Both the position numbers and the translations under genes were made by a program. Shown one piece after another: positions 56,886 to 64,000 of a stretch of DNA of 64,000 nucleotides (positions are counted from its first letter, which is position 1; every line of letters starts with the position of its first letter). Below the pieces are notes generated by a model. The model did not search any database and was not told where the DNA came from. It saw nothing but the letters and a program-made list of their open reading frames with translations. This DNA comes from Candidatus Eiseniibacteriota bacterium. Lineage in GTDB: Bacteria; Eisenbacteria; RBG-16-71-46; SZUA-252. The DNA is taken from NCBI GenBank assembly GCA_038060295.1, contig JBBTHR010000028.1, positions 234 to 64,233 on the forward strand, read 5' to 3'.

Positions 56886-57203
56886 ATGATCGTGCGCTTT
56901 TTCCTGGCCCTCCTTCTCCTTGCGTCGTTCGTGTCTGTGGCCGTGCCCTCGTCGGCGGTGGCTTCCGATCCCTGCGGCGCCTGTCCGGCGGCCGGAGGGG
57001 CCGAGGAGGACTGCGCCGAGAATTGCCCGCTCTGCGTCTGCGGCCCCCATCGAGCGCCGATGACGGAACCGCCCGCGATTCCGAATCCGCTGCTTTCGCC
57101 CGTGGTCGAGTTCCTGGCGGGCGCCGATCTAGCCGCCCTCGCGCCCGCTCCTCACGACATCCTGCACGTCCCCAGGTTCGCCGCCGTTTCTCCGCAGTCC
57201 TAA
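56886..57203 (+). CDS. small secreted cysteine-rich protein
   Basis: Signal peptide MIVRFFLALLLLASFVSVAVPSSAVA, then DPCGACP...DCAENCPLCVCGPH (7 Cys in 27 aa). Sits directly upstream of the metal efflux genes. Confidence 0.5.
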   Translation: MIVRFFLALLLLASFVSVAVPSSAVASDPCGACPAAGGAEEDCAENCPLCVCGPHRAPMTEPPAIPNPLLSPVVEFLAGADLAALAPAPHDILHVPRFAAVSPQS

Positions 57204-57317
57204 GTACCCGACTCCGTACCTGATTCCACGTACCGGCTCACGCCACTCGGCGTGACTCGGAGGCGTTCGCCGTCGCGTGTCGCCGGCCCCGCCATCGACG
57301 CGAAGGAGGATCTACGA

Positions 57318-57683
57318 ATGAACCGCATTCTCACGTTTTCGTTCGCCGCCGCCATCCTGACGGCCCTTTTCGCCGCGGGATGCGGCGGTCGCGACCAGGG
57401 CCCGGCCTCGTCCGCGAAGGGTCAAGCGGCCGTGGCCACGCCGCCGGAGGCCGCTGCTGGCGGGTCGCAAGCCGAGGGGACCGTCCAGGGCTCCTACGCC
57501 GATTGGTGCGATGAACACGCTGTTCCCGAGACGGCATGCACGCGCTGCGACGCTTCTCTAGTCGCCGCGTTCAAGGCGACGGGGGACTGGTGCGAGGAGC
57601 ATGGAGTCCCGAAGTCGCAGTGCGTCGCCTGCGACCCCCAGTTGAAGATCACGCGCCCGCCCAAGCCGGACGGAGTCGAATGA
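57318..57683 (+). CDS. lipoprotein made of two C-x-E-H-x6-C-x2-C modules (putative periplasmic metal-binding protein)
   Basis: GAAGGAGGA upstream of ATG 57318. Lipobox FAAGC. WCDEHAVPETACTRC and WCEEHGVPKSQCVAC. Stop overlaps the adaptor ATG (ATGA). Confidence 0.65.
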   Translation: MNRILTFSFAAAILTALFAAGCGGRDQGPASSAKGQAAVATPPEAAAGGSQAEGTVQGSYADWCDEHAVPETACTRCDASLVAAFKATGDWCEEHGVPKSQCVACDPQLKITRPPKPDGVE

Positions 57684-59077
57684 GCGCCGGGCGATCGTAT
57701 TGGGCCGGAGGGGTGGTCGCTCTCGTGGCCTGCCTCGCGTTCGCCGCGGGATGCGGGAACGGGTCGGCGCCCGCGAAGTCGGAGCAGCGCGCCGCGGCGG
57801 CGCCGGCCTCGGGCGCCGCGGCGGCCACCGATCTATGCTCCGAGCACGGCGTACTCCGGGTCGTCTGCACCAAGTGCAATCCGAAACTCGCGGTGATCTT
57901 CCGGGCGAAAGGGGACTACTGCGAGGAGCACGGCCTCCCGCTCTCGCTCTGCCCGGTTCACCACCCGGAGCGCGGGGGACGGCCCCTCGTGGACGTCACC
58001 CGGAAGGAGGCGCCCGCCGACCGGACGAGGCTTCGCTTCAAGGATCGTGAGACGGCGCGCCAGGCGGGATTCGAAACCGTCGAGGCGACGCCGGACCTGG
58101 CCGGCGCGTCGATTCCGGCGACGGCGACCCTGGTCGTCGACGCGTCGCACCGGGCCCTCGTCGCGGCCGGCGCTCCGGGCGCCGTGCGCGAGATCTTCGT
58201 CGAGGAAGGGGCGCGCGTGGCCGCGGGCTCCGCGCTCGCGCGGATGGAAAGCGCGGCGCTCGCCGACGCGCGGTCGCGCCTCGATGCGGCGAAAGCGCGC
58301 CTCCAGAACGCGGCGGCGATACGGGACCGGGAGCGCTCGCTCTTCGAGAAGGGGATGACGCCCCGCCGCGAAGTGGACGCGGCCGAACAGGAGTACGGAG
58401 CCGCGAACGCGGAGGTCGAGGCCGCAGCGGGAACGCTGAAGGCGCTCGGCGCCGGTCCCGACGCGGGGGGGACGCTGATCGTTCGGGCACCCATCGCGGG
58501 CGTCGTCACGCGCCGTGCCGCCGTCGTGGGCCGTTACATGGAAGCGGAGGAGATGATGTTCGAACTCGTCGATCCGTCGCGGCTCTGGGCGGAAATCGAG
58601 ATCGGCGAGCGGCACGCGGCCCGGGTCGTGACGGGGGATGCCGTGTCGATCCATCTCGGGCCGGAGGAATCCGATCGCGTGACCGGGACGCTGGTCTACG
58701 TGGCGCCGGTGGTGGACGAGGCGAGCCGGGTCGTCCGGGCGCGAGCGCGCCTCGACCGGGCCGATCCCCGCGCGCGCGTGAACGCCGTCCACCGGGCTAC
58801 GATTCGCTCCCGGGCTGCGGCCGGCGCGGTCGTCGTTCCCCGCGAAGCGGTGCAGGAGGTGAGCGGGGCGAGTGTCGCGTTCGTCCGTCTCGCCGACGAT
58901 CTCTACGAATCGCGCCGCGTCCACGTGGAGCAGGCCGAGGGGGGGACGGTTTCGGTCCGGCGCGGACTCGCACGCGGCGAGCGGGTGGTCACGATCGGGA
59001 GCTTCCTCCTCCTGACCGAGAGCGACAAGAGCGCGATCGGCACCGGGTGCTGCGAGATCGAGGCCCCGTCGAAATGA
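57680..59077 (+). CDS. efflux RND periplasmic adaptor, CzcB/CusB-like, with N-terminal Cys/His module
   Basis: Lipobox FAAGC. N-terminal LCSEHGVLRVVCTKC and YCEEHGLPLSLCPVHH. MFP core VRAPIAGVVTRR, coiled-coil region. Confidence 0.88.
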   Translation: MSAGRSYWAGGVVALVACLAFAAGCGNGSAPAKSEQRAAAAPASGAAAATDLCSEHGVLRVVCTKCNPKLAVIFRAKGDYCEEHGLPLSLCPVHHPERGGRPLVDVTRKEAPADRTRLRFKDRETARQAGFETVEATPDLAGASIPATATLVVDASHRALVAAGAPGAVREIFVEEGARVAAGSALARMESAALADARSRLDAAKARLQNAAAIRDRERSLFEKGMTPRREVDAAEQEYGAANAEVEAAAGTLKALGAGPDAGGTLIVRAPIAGVVTRRAAVVGRYMEAEEMMFELVDPSRLWAEIEIGERHAARVVTGDAVSIHLGPEESDRVTGTLVYVAPVVDEASRVVRARARLDRADPRARVNAVHRATIRSRAAAGAVVVPREAVQEVSGASVAFVRLADDLYESRRVHVEQAEGGTVSVRRGLARGERVVTIGSFLLLTESDKSAIGTGCCEIEAPSK

Positions 59078-59087
59078 GGGCGCCCCG

Positions 59088-62000
59088 ATGCTGAGCGCCA
59101 TCATCGCCTGGTCGGTGCGGCGACGAATCGCCGTCCTCGTCGCGGCGGCGATTCTGGCGATTGCCGGGATCGCCTCCATCTGGCGCCTGCCGCTCGACGC
59201 CTTCCCGGACACCACGCCGGTCCAGGTGCAGGTCAACACAAGCGCCGCCTCGCTGGCGGCGCTCGAGATCGAGCGCCAGATCACCGCGCCGATCGAACAG
59301 GCGATCTCGGGACTCCCCGGACTCCTGGAGGTCCGCTCCACGTCGCGGCTCGGGCTCTCCCAGGTGACCGCCGTCTTCCGGGACGGCACTGAAATCTTCC
59401 TCGCCAGGCAGACTCTGACCGAACGGCTGGGATCGGTCGCGCTCCCGAAGGGGATCGAACCGCCGCGTCTCGGTCCCGTCACGACGGGACTCGGCGAGAT
59501 CTTCCACTATCTCGTCACCGGCGATCCGAAATTCACGGCGGCCGATCTGCGCGGCATCCAGGATTGGATCGTGAGGCCCCAGCTCCAGTCGGTCCCCGGC
59601 GTCGCCGAGGTGAATTCGTGGGGCGGGGACGAGCGGCAGATCCAGATCGCGGTCGACCCGGCGGCGCTGGCCAGCCGGGGGATCCATCTGGAAGATCTCG
59701 TGGAGGCGATCGAGCGGGAGAATCGGAACGTCGGCGGCGGCGTGCTGGAGGAGGCCGGACGGGCGAGCCCGATCCAGGGCGTCGGCGTCATCACGAAGCC
59801 GGCGTCGCTGGAGGAGATCGTGATCACGACCGACTCGGGTGCGCTGGTCCGCCTGCGCGACGTGGCGACCGTTGTCGAGGGGCGGGCACTCCGCCACGGT
59901 GCGGTCACCGAGGGAGGGCGAGGCGAGGCCGTGCTCGGACTCGGATTCCTCCTGAAGGGCGAGAACGGCCGGGAGGTCACGCACCGCCTGCGGGCGCGGC
60001 TTCAGGAGATATCCCGCACGCTCCCGGCCGGAGTCACGGCGGAACCGATCTACGACCGCACCGAACTGATCGATCACGTCCTCGAGACGGTCCGCGTGAA
60101 CTTGTTAGAGGGGGCGCTCCTCGTCGTCGCCGTCCTCTTCGCGTTCCTCGGCAACTGGCGCGCCGGGCTGATCGTCGCCGCCGCGATCCCGCTCTCCATG
60201 CTCGTCGCCTTCGACCTCATGCTGCGGACGGGCGTGGCGGGAACTCTCATGAGCCTCGGAGCGATCGACTTCGGACTGATCGTCGACAGCTCGGTCATCC
60301 AGGTCGAGAACGCCGTCCGCCGCCTCGACGCCGAGGGAGGCCCCGGCGATCGCGAACAGATCGTGCGCGACGCGGTCATCGAGGTGCGGCGCCCCACGAT
60401 GTTCGGGGAGATCATCATCCTCATCGTCTACCTGCCGATCTTGGCTTTGGAGGGCATCGAAGGGAAGATGTTCCGGCCGATGGCGCTGACCGTGATGTTC
60501 GCGCTCCTCGGGTCGCTCCTGCTCTCCCTCACGGTCATGCCGGCGCTCGCGGCCACGTTTCTCCGCTCCCGGCCGGCGCGCGAGAACCGGCTGATCGCCG
60601 CCCTGAAGCGCGTCTACCGGCCTCTCCTCGCCGGGGCGATGGCCCGGCCCCGCGCCGTGCTCGCGGCGGCGGTCCTCGCGCTCGGGATCGGCGTGGCGCT
60701 GGCGCCCCGCCTGGGATCGGAGTTCGTCCCGCGTCTGAGCGAAGGGGCCCTCGTCCTCAATACCGTACGGCTGGCTGGCGTCTCCGTGGACGAATCGGTT
60801 CGCTACGGGATGCGAATCGAGCGGGCGTTGCTCGACGCCTTCCCCGACGAGGTCGAGCGGATCTGGACGCGGACCGGCACCGCGGAGGTGGCGACCGACG
60901 CCATGGGCACCGAGGTGTCGGACATCTTCGTCACGCTGCGGGATCGGTCCGAGTGGAAGAAGGCCCGGACGCAGCAGGAATTGGTCGCGGCCATGGAGCG
61001 ATCGCTCGCGCCGCTCCCGGGGATGCGGGTCATCTTCACGCAGCCGATCGAGATGCGGATGAACGAGATGGTGGCGGGCGTCCGATCGGATCTGGGCGTG
61101 AAGATCTTCGGCGACGATCTGGAACTCCTTCGGTCGAAGGCCTCGGAGGTGGAACGTGTCGTGCGCGAGGTGCCGGGAGCGGCCGACGTGGTGACCGAAC
61201 AGTTGACGGGTCAGCCGACGGTGGAGATCGACGTCGATCGCCAGGCGGCGGCCCGCCTGGGCGTGCCGGCGGGGGAAATCCTCGACGTGATCGAGGCGCT
61301 CGGATCGCGCGAGGTCGGCGTCATGCAGGAGGGCGCCAGGCGCATTCCCGTAGCGGTAACCCTGGAGGAGGCGTATCGCCGCGATCTGGAGATGCTCGGC
61401 TCGATCGTGCTGACGGGGCGCGACGGCGCGCGCATACCGCTGGCGGACGTGGCGTCGATTCGGCGCGTCGAGGCGCCCTCGGCGATAAATCGGGAATGGG
61501 GACGACGCCGCGCGGTCGTGCAGGCGAACGTGAGAGGCCGAGACGTCGGGAGTTTCGCGGCCGACGTCCGGAGGGCGGTGGAATCGCGCGTCTCCTTGCC
61601 CCCGGGCTACTTCATCCGCTACGGAGGACAATTCGAGCACCTGGTGCGCGCGCAGCGGAGGCTTCTCGTCGTCGTGCCGCTGGCGCTACTCCTGGTGGCC
61701 GCGCTCCTCTACGCGAGCCTCCGCCGGCCGGGGGACGTGGCGCGCGTCTTCGCCGCCGTGCCGCTCGCCGGCGTGGGAGGGGTCGCCGCCCTCTGGCTGC
61801 GGGGTCTGCCGTTCAGCATCTCGGCGGCAGTCGGTTTCATCGCGCTCTCCGGCGTCGCGGTGCTGAACGCGCTCGTCCTCGTCTCCACGCTGCGAGATCT
61901 GGAGGCGGGTGGGATGCCGAGGATGGAGGCGATCCGGGCAGCCGCGGAACGCCGGCTCCGTCCCGTCCTCATGACGTCGCTCGTGGCGAGTCTGGGATTC

Positions 62001-62165
62001 GTTCCGATGGCGTTCAACACGGGGATCGGCGCCGAGGTGCAACGGCCTCTCGCGACCGTCGTCATCGGCGGTCTCTTCTCCGCGACGCTCCTGACGCTCT
62101 TCGTCCTGCCGGTGCTTTACCGCGTGGGACCGGGCAAGCGGGGAGGCCCGGCCATCACGTCCTGA
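59088..62165 (+). CDS. CusA/CzcA-family heavy-metal efflux RND permease
   Basis: 1025 aa. N-terminus MLSAIIAWSVRRRIAVLV, FPDTTPVQVQV, SLGAIDFGLIVDSSVIQVEN, typical of HME-RND pumps. Confidence 0.93.
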   Translation: MLSAIIAWSVRRRIAVLVAAAILAIAGIASIWRLPLDAFPDTTPVQVQVNTSAASLAALEIERQITAPIEQAISGLPGLLEVRSTSRLGLSQVTAVFRDGTEIFLARQTLTERLGSVALPKGIEPPRLGPVTTGLGEIFHYLVTGDPKFTAADLRGIQDWIVRPQLQSVPGVAEVNSWGGDERQIQIAVDPAALASRGIHLEDLVEAIERENRNVGGGVLEEAGRASPIQGVGVITKPASLEEIVITTDSGALVRLRDVATVVEGRALRHGAVTEGGRGEAVLGLGFLLKGENGREVTHRLRARLQEISRTLPAGVTAEPIYDRTELIDHVLETVRVNLLEGALLVVAVLFAFLGNWRAGLIVAAAIPLSMLVAFDLMLRTGVAGTLMSLGAIDFGLIVDSSVIQVENAVRRLDAEGGPGDREQIVRDAVIEVRRPTMFGEIIILIVYLPILALEGIEGKMFRPMALTVMFALLGSLLLSLTVMPALAATFLRSRPARENRLIAALKRVYRPLLAGAMARPRAVLAAAVLALGIGVALAPRLGSEFVPRLSEGALVLNTVRLAGVSVDESVRYGMRIERALLDAFPDEVERIWTRTGTAEVATDAMGTEVSDIFVTLRDRSEWKKARTQQELVAAMERSLAPLPGMRVIFTQPIEMRMNEMVAGVRSDLGVKIFGDDLELLRSKASEVERVVREVPGAADVVTEQLTGQPTVEIDVDRQAAARLGVPAGEILDVIEALGSREVGVMQEGARRIPVAVTLEEAYRRDLEMLGSIVLTGRDGARIPLADVASIRRVEAPSAINREWGRRRAVVQANVRGRDVGSFAADVRRAVESRVSLPPGYFIRYGGQFEHLVRAQRRLLVVVPLALLLVAALLYASLRRPGDVARVFAAVPLAGVGGVAALWLRGLPFSISAAVGFIALSGVAVLNALVLVSTLRDLEAGGMPRMEAIRAAAERRLRPVLMTSLVASLGFVPMAFNTGIGAEVQRPLATVVIGGLFSATLLTLFVLPVLYRVGPGKRGGPAITS

Positions 62166-63435
62166 CGGCGGCTCCGGCCTTCTGCCGGCAGCGCTCCGCG
62201 AAGCGGACCAGCCGCGACAGCCCCTCCCGCACGTCGTCGTCGGAGACGCAAAAGGCGATCCGCACGAAGTGGCGGGCCTTTGGATTCGACGGATAGTCGG
62301 GCGCCCCACCGGCCGTCATGGCGCCGAGCGGCACGCCGTCGGGCCCGAATTCTGGCGTCAGGGCGAATCCCGCCGCGGGCGCCACGCAGACCCTCTCCTC
62401 CTCGAGGAGCGCCTTCGCGAAGGCATCGCCGGTCATCCCGGTCGAGGAGACGTCGGCCATGATGTAGAAGGCCCCCTGCGGCGTGTAGTCGACCATCCCC
62501 GCCTCGTGGAGGATCCCCACGGCGATGTCGCGCCGCCGCCGGTAGGCATCGCGCATCGTGGCGATCGGCGCCGGATCGCGAAGCGCCGCCAGGCCGCCCC
62601 ACTGGATCATCGACGCGGTGCTTCCGACCAGCGGCTCCTGGGTCTTCCGGAGAATGGTCCCCAGGAGCATCGTCGGCGCCACGATGTAGCCGAGGCGGAA
62701 TCCGGTCATGGCGTACGACTTCGAGAAGGTGAAGAGGGAGAGGACGCGCCGCTCCGCCTCGGGAAGGTCGCGCTCGATGGCGCCCATCGAGAAATGCTTC
62801 GCGTCGAAGACGATGTCCTCGTAGGCCTCGTCGGAGACGATCCAGAGATCGTGCTCCCTGGCAACGGCGTAGAGGGCGCGAAGCGTTGCTTCCGGGATCA
62901 CCGCGCCGGTCGGATTCGACGGCGAGTTCACCAGGATGCAGCGGGTCTTGGGCGTGATGGAGCGCCGCGTCCCCTCGACGTCGGGCTGGTAGCCGGCGCC
63001 GACAGGGTAAAAGACCGGCTTGGCGCTCGCGAGGAGCGCCTGCTGCACGTAGTTCGGCCAGTAGATCTCGGGGATCAGGATCTCGTCGCCCGGATGTAGC
63101 GCGATCTCCATCACCGCCACCAGCGCCTCCGTGGAACCGGGGCAGGTGACCACCTGCTCCACGTCCGCGCGGACACCGTTCTGCTTCTCCACTTTTTCCG
63201 CGAGCGCGAGGCGCAGTTCATGAACGCCGACGCTGGGGGGATAGTGGGTCTTCCCGGCCTTCATCGCCGCGTAGGTCGCCTCGACCACGGCGGCGGGAGG
63301 CGCGAAGTCGGGATCGCCGACGTGGAAGCGGATGACCGGTCCCCTCCCGGCGCGCTCCATCTCATCGGCGAGACGGAACATGGCGCGAATGGGGGAGAAG
63401 GGAATCTGCTGGCTGCGCCTCGATGGCTGGGGCAT
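62155..63435 (-). CDS. pyridoxal-phosphate-dependent aminotransferase (class I/II)
   Basis: NPSNPTG and PLP-lysine motif FSKSYAMTGFRLGY. 3' end overlaps czcA by 11 nt. Confidence 0.9.
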   Translation of the reverse strand: MPQPSRRSQQIPFSPIRAMFRLADEMERAGRGPVIRFHVGDPDFAPPAAVVEATYAAMKAGKTHYPPSVGVHELRLALAEKVEKQNGVRADVEQVVTCPGSTEALVAVMEIALHPGDEILIPEIYWPNYVQQALLASAKPVFYPVGAGYQPDVEGTRRSITPKTRCILVNSPSNPTGAVIPEATLRALYAVAREHDLWIVSDEAYEDIVFDAKHFSMGAIERDLPEAERRVLSLFTFSKSYAMTGFRLGYIVAPTMLLGTILRKTQEPLVGSTASMIQWGGLAALRDPAPIATMRDAYRRRRDIAVGILHEAGMVDYTPQGAFYIMADVSSTGMTGDAFAKALLEEERVCVAPAAGFALTPEFGPDGVPLGAMTAGGAPDYPSNPKARHFVRIAFCVSDDDVREGLSRLVRFAERCRQKAGAAVRT

Positions 63436-63626
63436 GGCACTCCTCGATGGTTGCCGCTGGATCGTGACGGGGGATGATAGCAGAAGCGGGGCGCCCGATT
63501 CTGGATTCCCCCCCCCTCAGGGCTTGAATCGCGGAACCGGGCATTCTTGCAGGGGGTTACCCCCTCTGATACCCTGGGGGCTCGGGGTAGGACCCCCCCA
63601 ACCCAAGGTACGCACGGAGGACTTGA

Positions 63627-64000
63627 ATGAAGCCGTTTCGGTCTGTTGTCGCCGCACTCGCACTAGGATCCCTTTCGGTCGCACTCCTCGCGCCTCTCGC
63701 GATCGCCCAGACCACTCCTGCTCCCGCGACCACCGCGACGACCGCGACTCCGGCCGCACCGGCCGCACCGGCCGCCCCTGCCGCACCGGCCGCCCCTGCC
63801 GCCCCTGCCGCTCCCAAGGGCGTGACCGCGGGCATCAAGACGATCGTGGGCGAAGTCGTCGATCCCGCCTGCTGGATCGTGAATGGGGCCAAGGGAGACA
63901 CGCACAAGGAGTGCACCATCGCCTGCGCCAAGGCGGGCCAGGTCCTGGCGATCCTCGAAGCGAAGACCAACAAGCTCTACCTGATCGCCACCGAGAATCC
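63627..64000 (+). CDS. secreted hypothetical protein with (PAA)n linker, 3' end beyond window
   Basis: Not in the ORF track because it has no stop in the window. ACGGAGGA upstream of ATG 63627. Signal peptide MKPFRSVVAALALGSLSVALLAPLAIAQ. (PAA)x7, then VVDPACWIVNGAKGDTHKECTIACAKAGQ. Open to nt 64000. Confidence 0.55.
   Translation, partial: MKPFRSVVAALALGSLSVALLAPLAIAQTTPAPATTATTATPAAPAAPAAPAAPAAPAAPAAPKGVTAGIKTIVGEVVDPACWIVNGAKGDTHKECTIACAKAGQVLAILEAKTNKLYLIATEN
63750..63812 (+). repeat. seven tandem 9-nt units (CCGGCCGCA / CCTGCCGCC variants) encoding (PAA)7
   Basis: Read directly; in frame with the 63627 CDS. Confidence 0.9.

Noticed and set aside
59564-62296. 910-aa plus-strand ORF overlapping czcA in another frame
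   Set aside because: It is an off-frame shadow of the CzcA gene (59088-62165), Arg/Gly/Pro-rich and without transmembrane segments.
63750-63812. Possible CRISPR-like or other repeat array
   Set aside because: The units are only 9 nt, contiguous with no spacers, and in frame within a CDS. This is a coding low-complexity repeat, not CRISPR. No CRISPR array was seen anywhere in the window.
63557-63973. 138-aa minus-strand ORF with a (GAA)n stretch
   Set aside because: It is the mirror image of the plus-strand gene, which has an RBS, a signal peptide and a (PAA)n linker. The minus-strand product has no start context or motifs.

Overview
High-GC (roughly 68-70%) bacterial chromosomal segment. 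It is densely coding: about 60 protein genes and 2 tRNA genes. I saw no rRNA, CRISPR array, transposase, integrase or phage genes. Many long Arg/Pro/Gly-rich ORFs in the six-frame track are antisense or off-frame shadows of real genes and were discarded.

Gene content in order:
- a multiheme cytochrome c pair, followed by a YkgJ-type Cys-cluster protein and a DUF255 thioredoxin-domain protein
- a PIG-L/BshB1-like deacetylase with a coupled Cys-rich protein
- a translationally coupled signalling trio: small protein, CBS-GAF-GAF hybrid histidine kinase, and a membrane PAS protein
- a thioredoxin/TPR lipoprotein interrupted by one in-frame TGA
- ychF, a DUF4097 protein, rarA, an MFS transporter, glutaryl-CoA dehydrogenase
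- tRNA-Glu and ferritin
- an M16 peptidase, an ATP-grasp ligase, a methyltransferase, hydrolase and SDR genes
- glpD-glpK plus a lipase-like hydrolase
- a TolC-MFP-RND efflux operon, then an ABC-2 exporter
- recQ, an orphan oxidase subunit III, and a large choice-of-anchor-B/LVIVD secreted protein
- a homogentisate (tyrosine catabolism) cluster
- a tRNA-Sec candidate, beta-carbonic anhydrase, and a CzcBA-type metal efflux operon preceded by two small Cys-rich exported proteins
- an aminotransferase

The strongest non-routine signal is evidence for selenocysteine decoding. There is a selC-like tRNA with a UCA anticodon at 56055-56154. There is also an exported thioredoxin-fold protein at 9842-10729 whose WCxxC active-site Cys codon is TGA, followed by a SECIS-like hairpin.

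Secondary signals are a duplicated C-x-E-H...C-x2-C module in the metal-efflux operon, a Cys-rich C-terminal module on the PAS protein, and several perfect short tandem duplications in intergenic DNA.

The taxonomic guess (Gemmatimonadota/Eisenbacteria-like uncultivated lineage) is inference only. It rests on GC content and the FlgD-Ig-type C-terminal domains.
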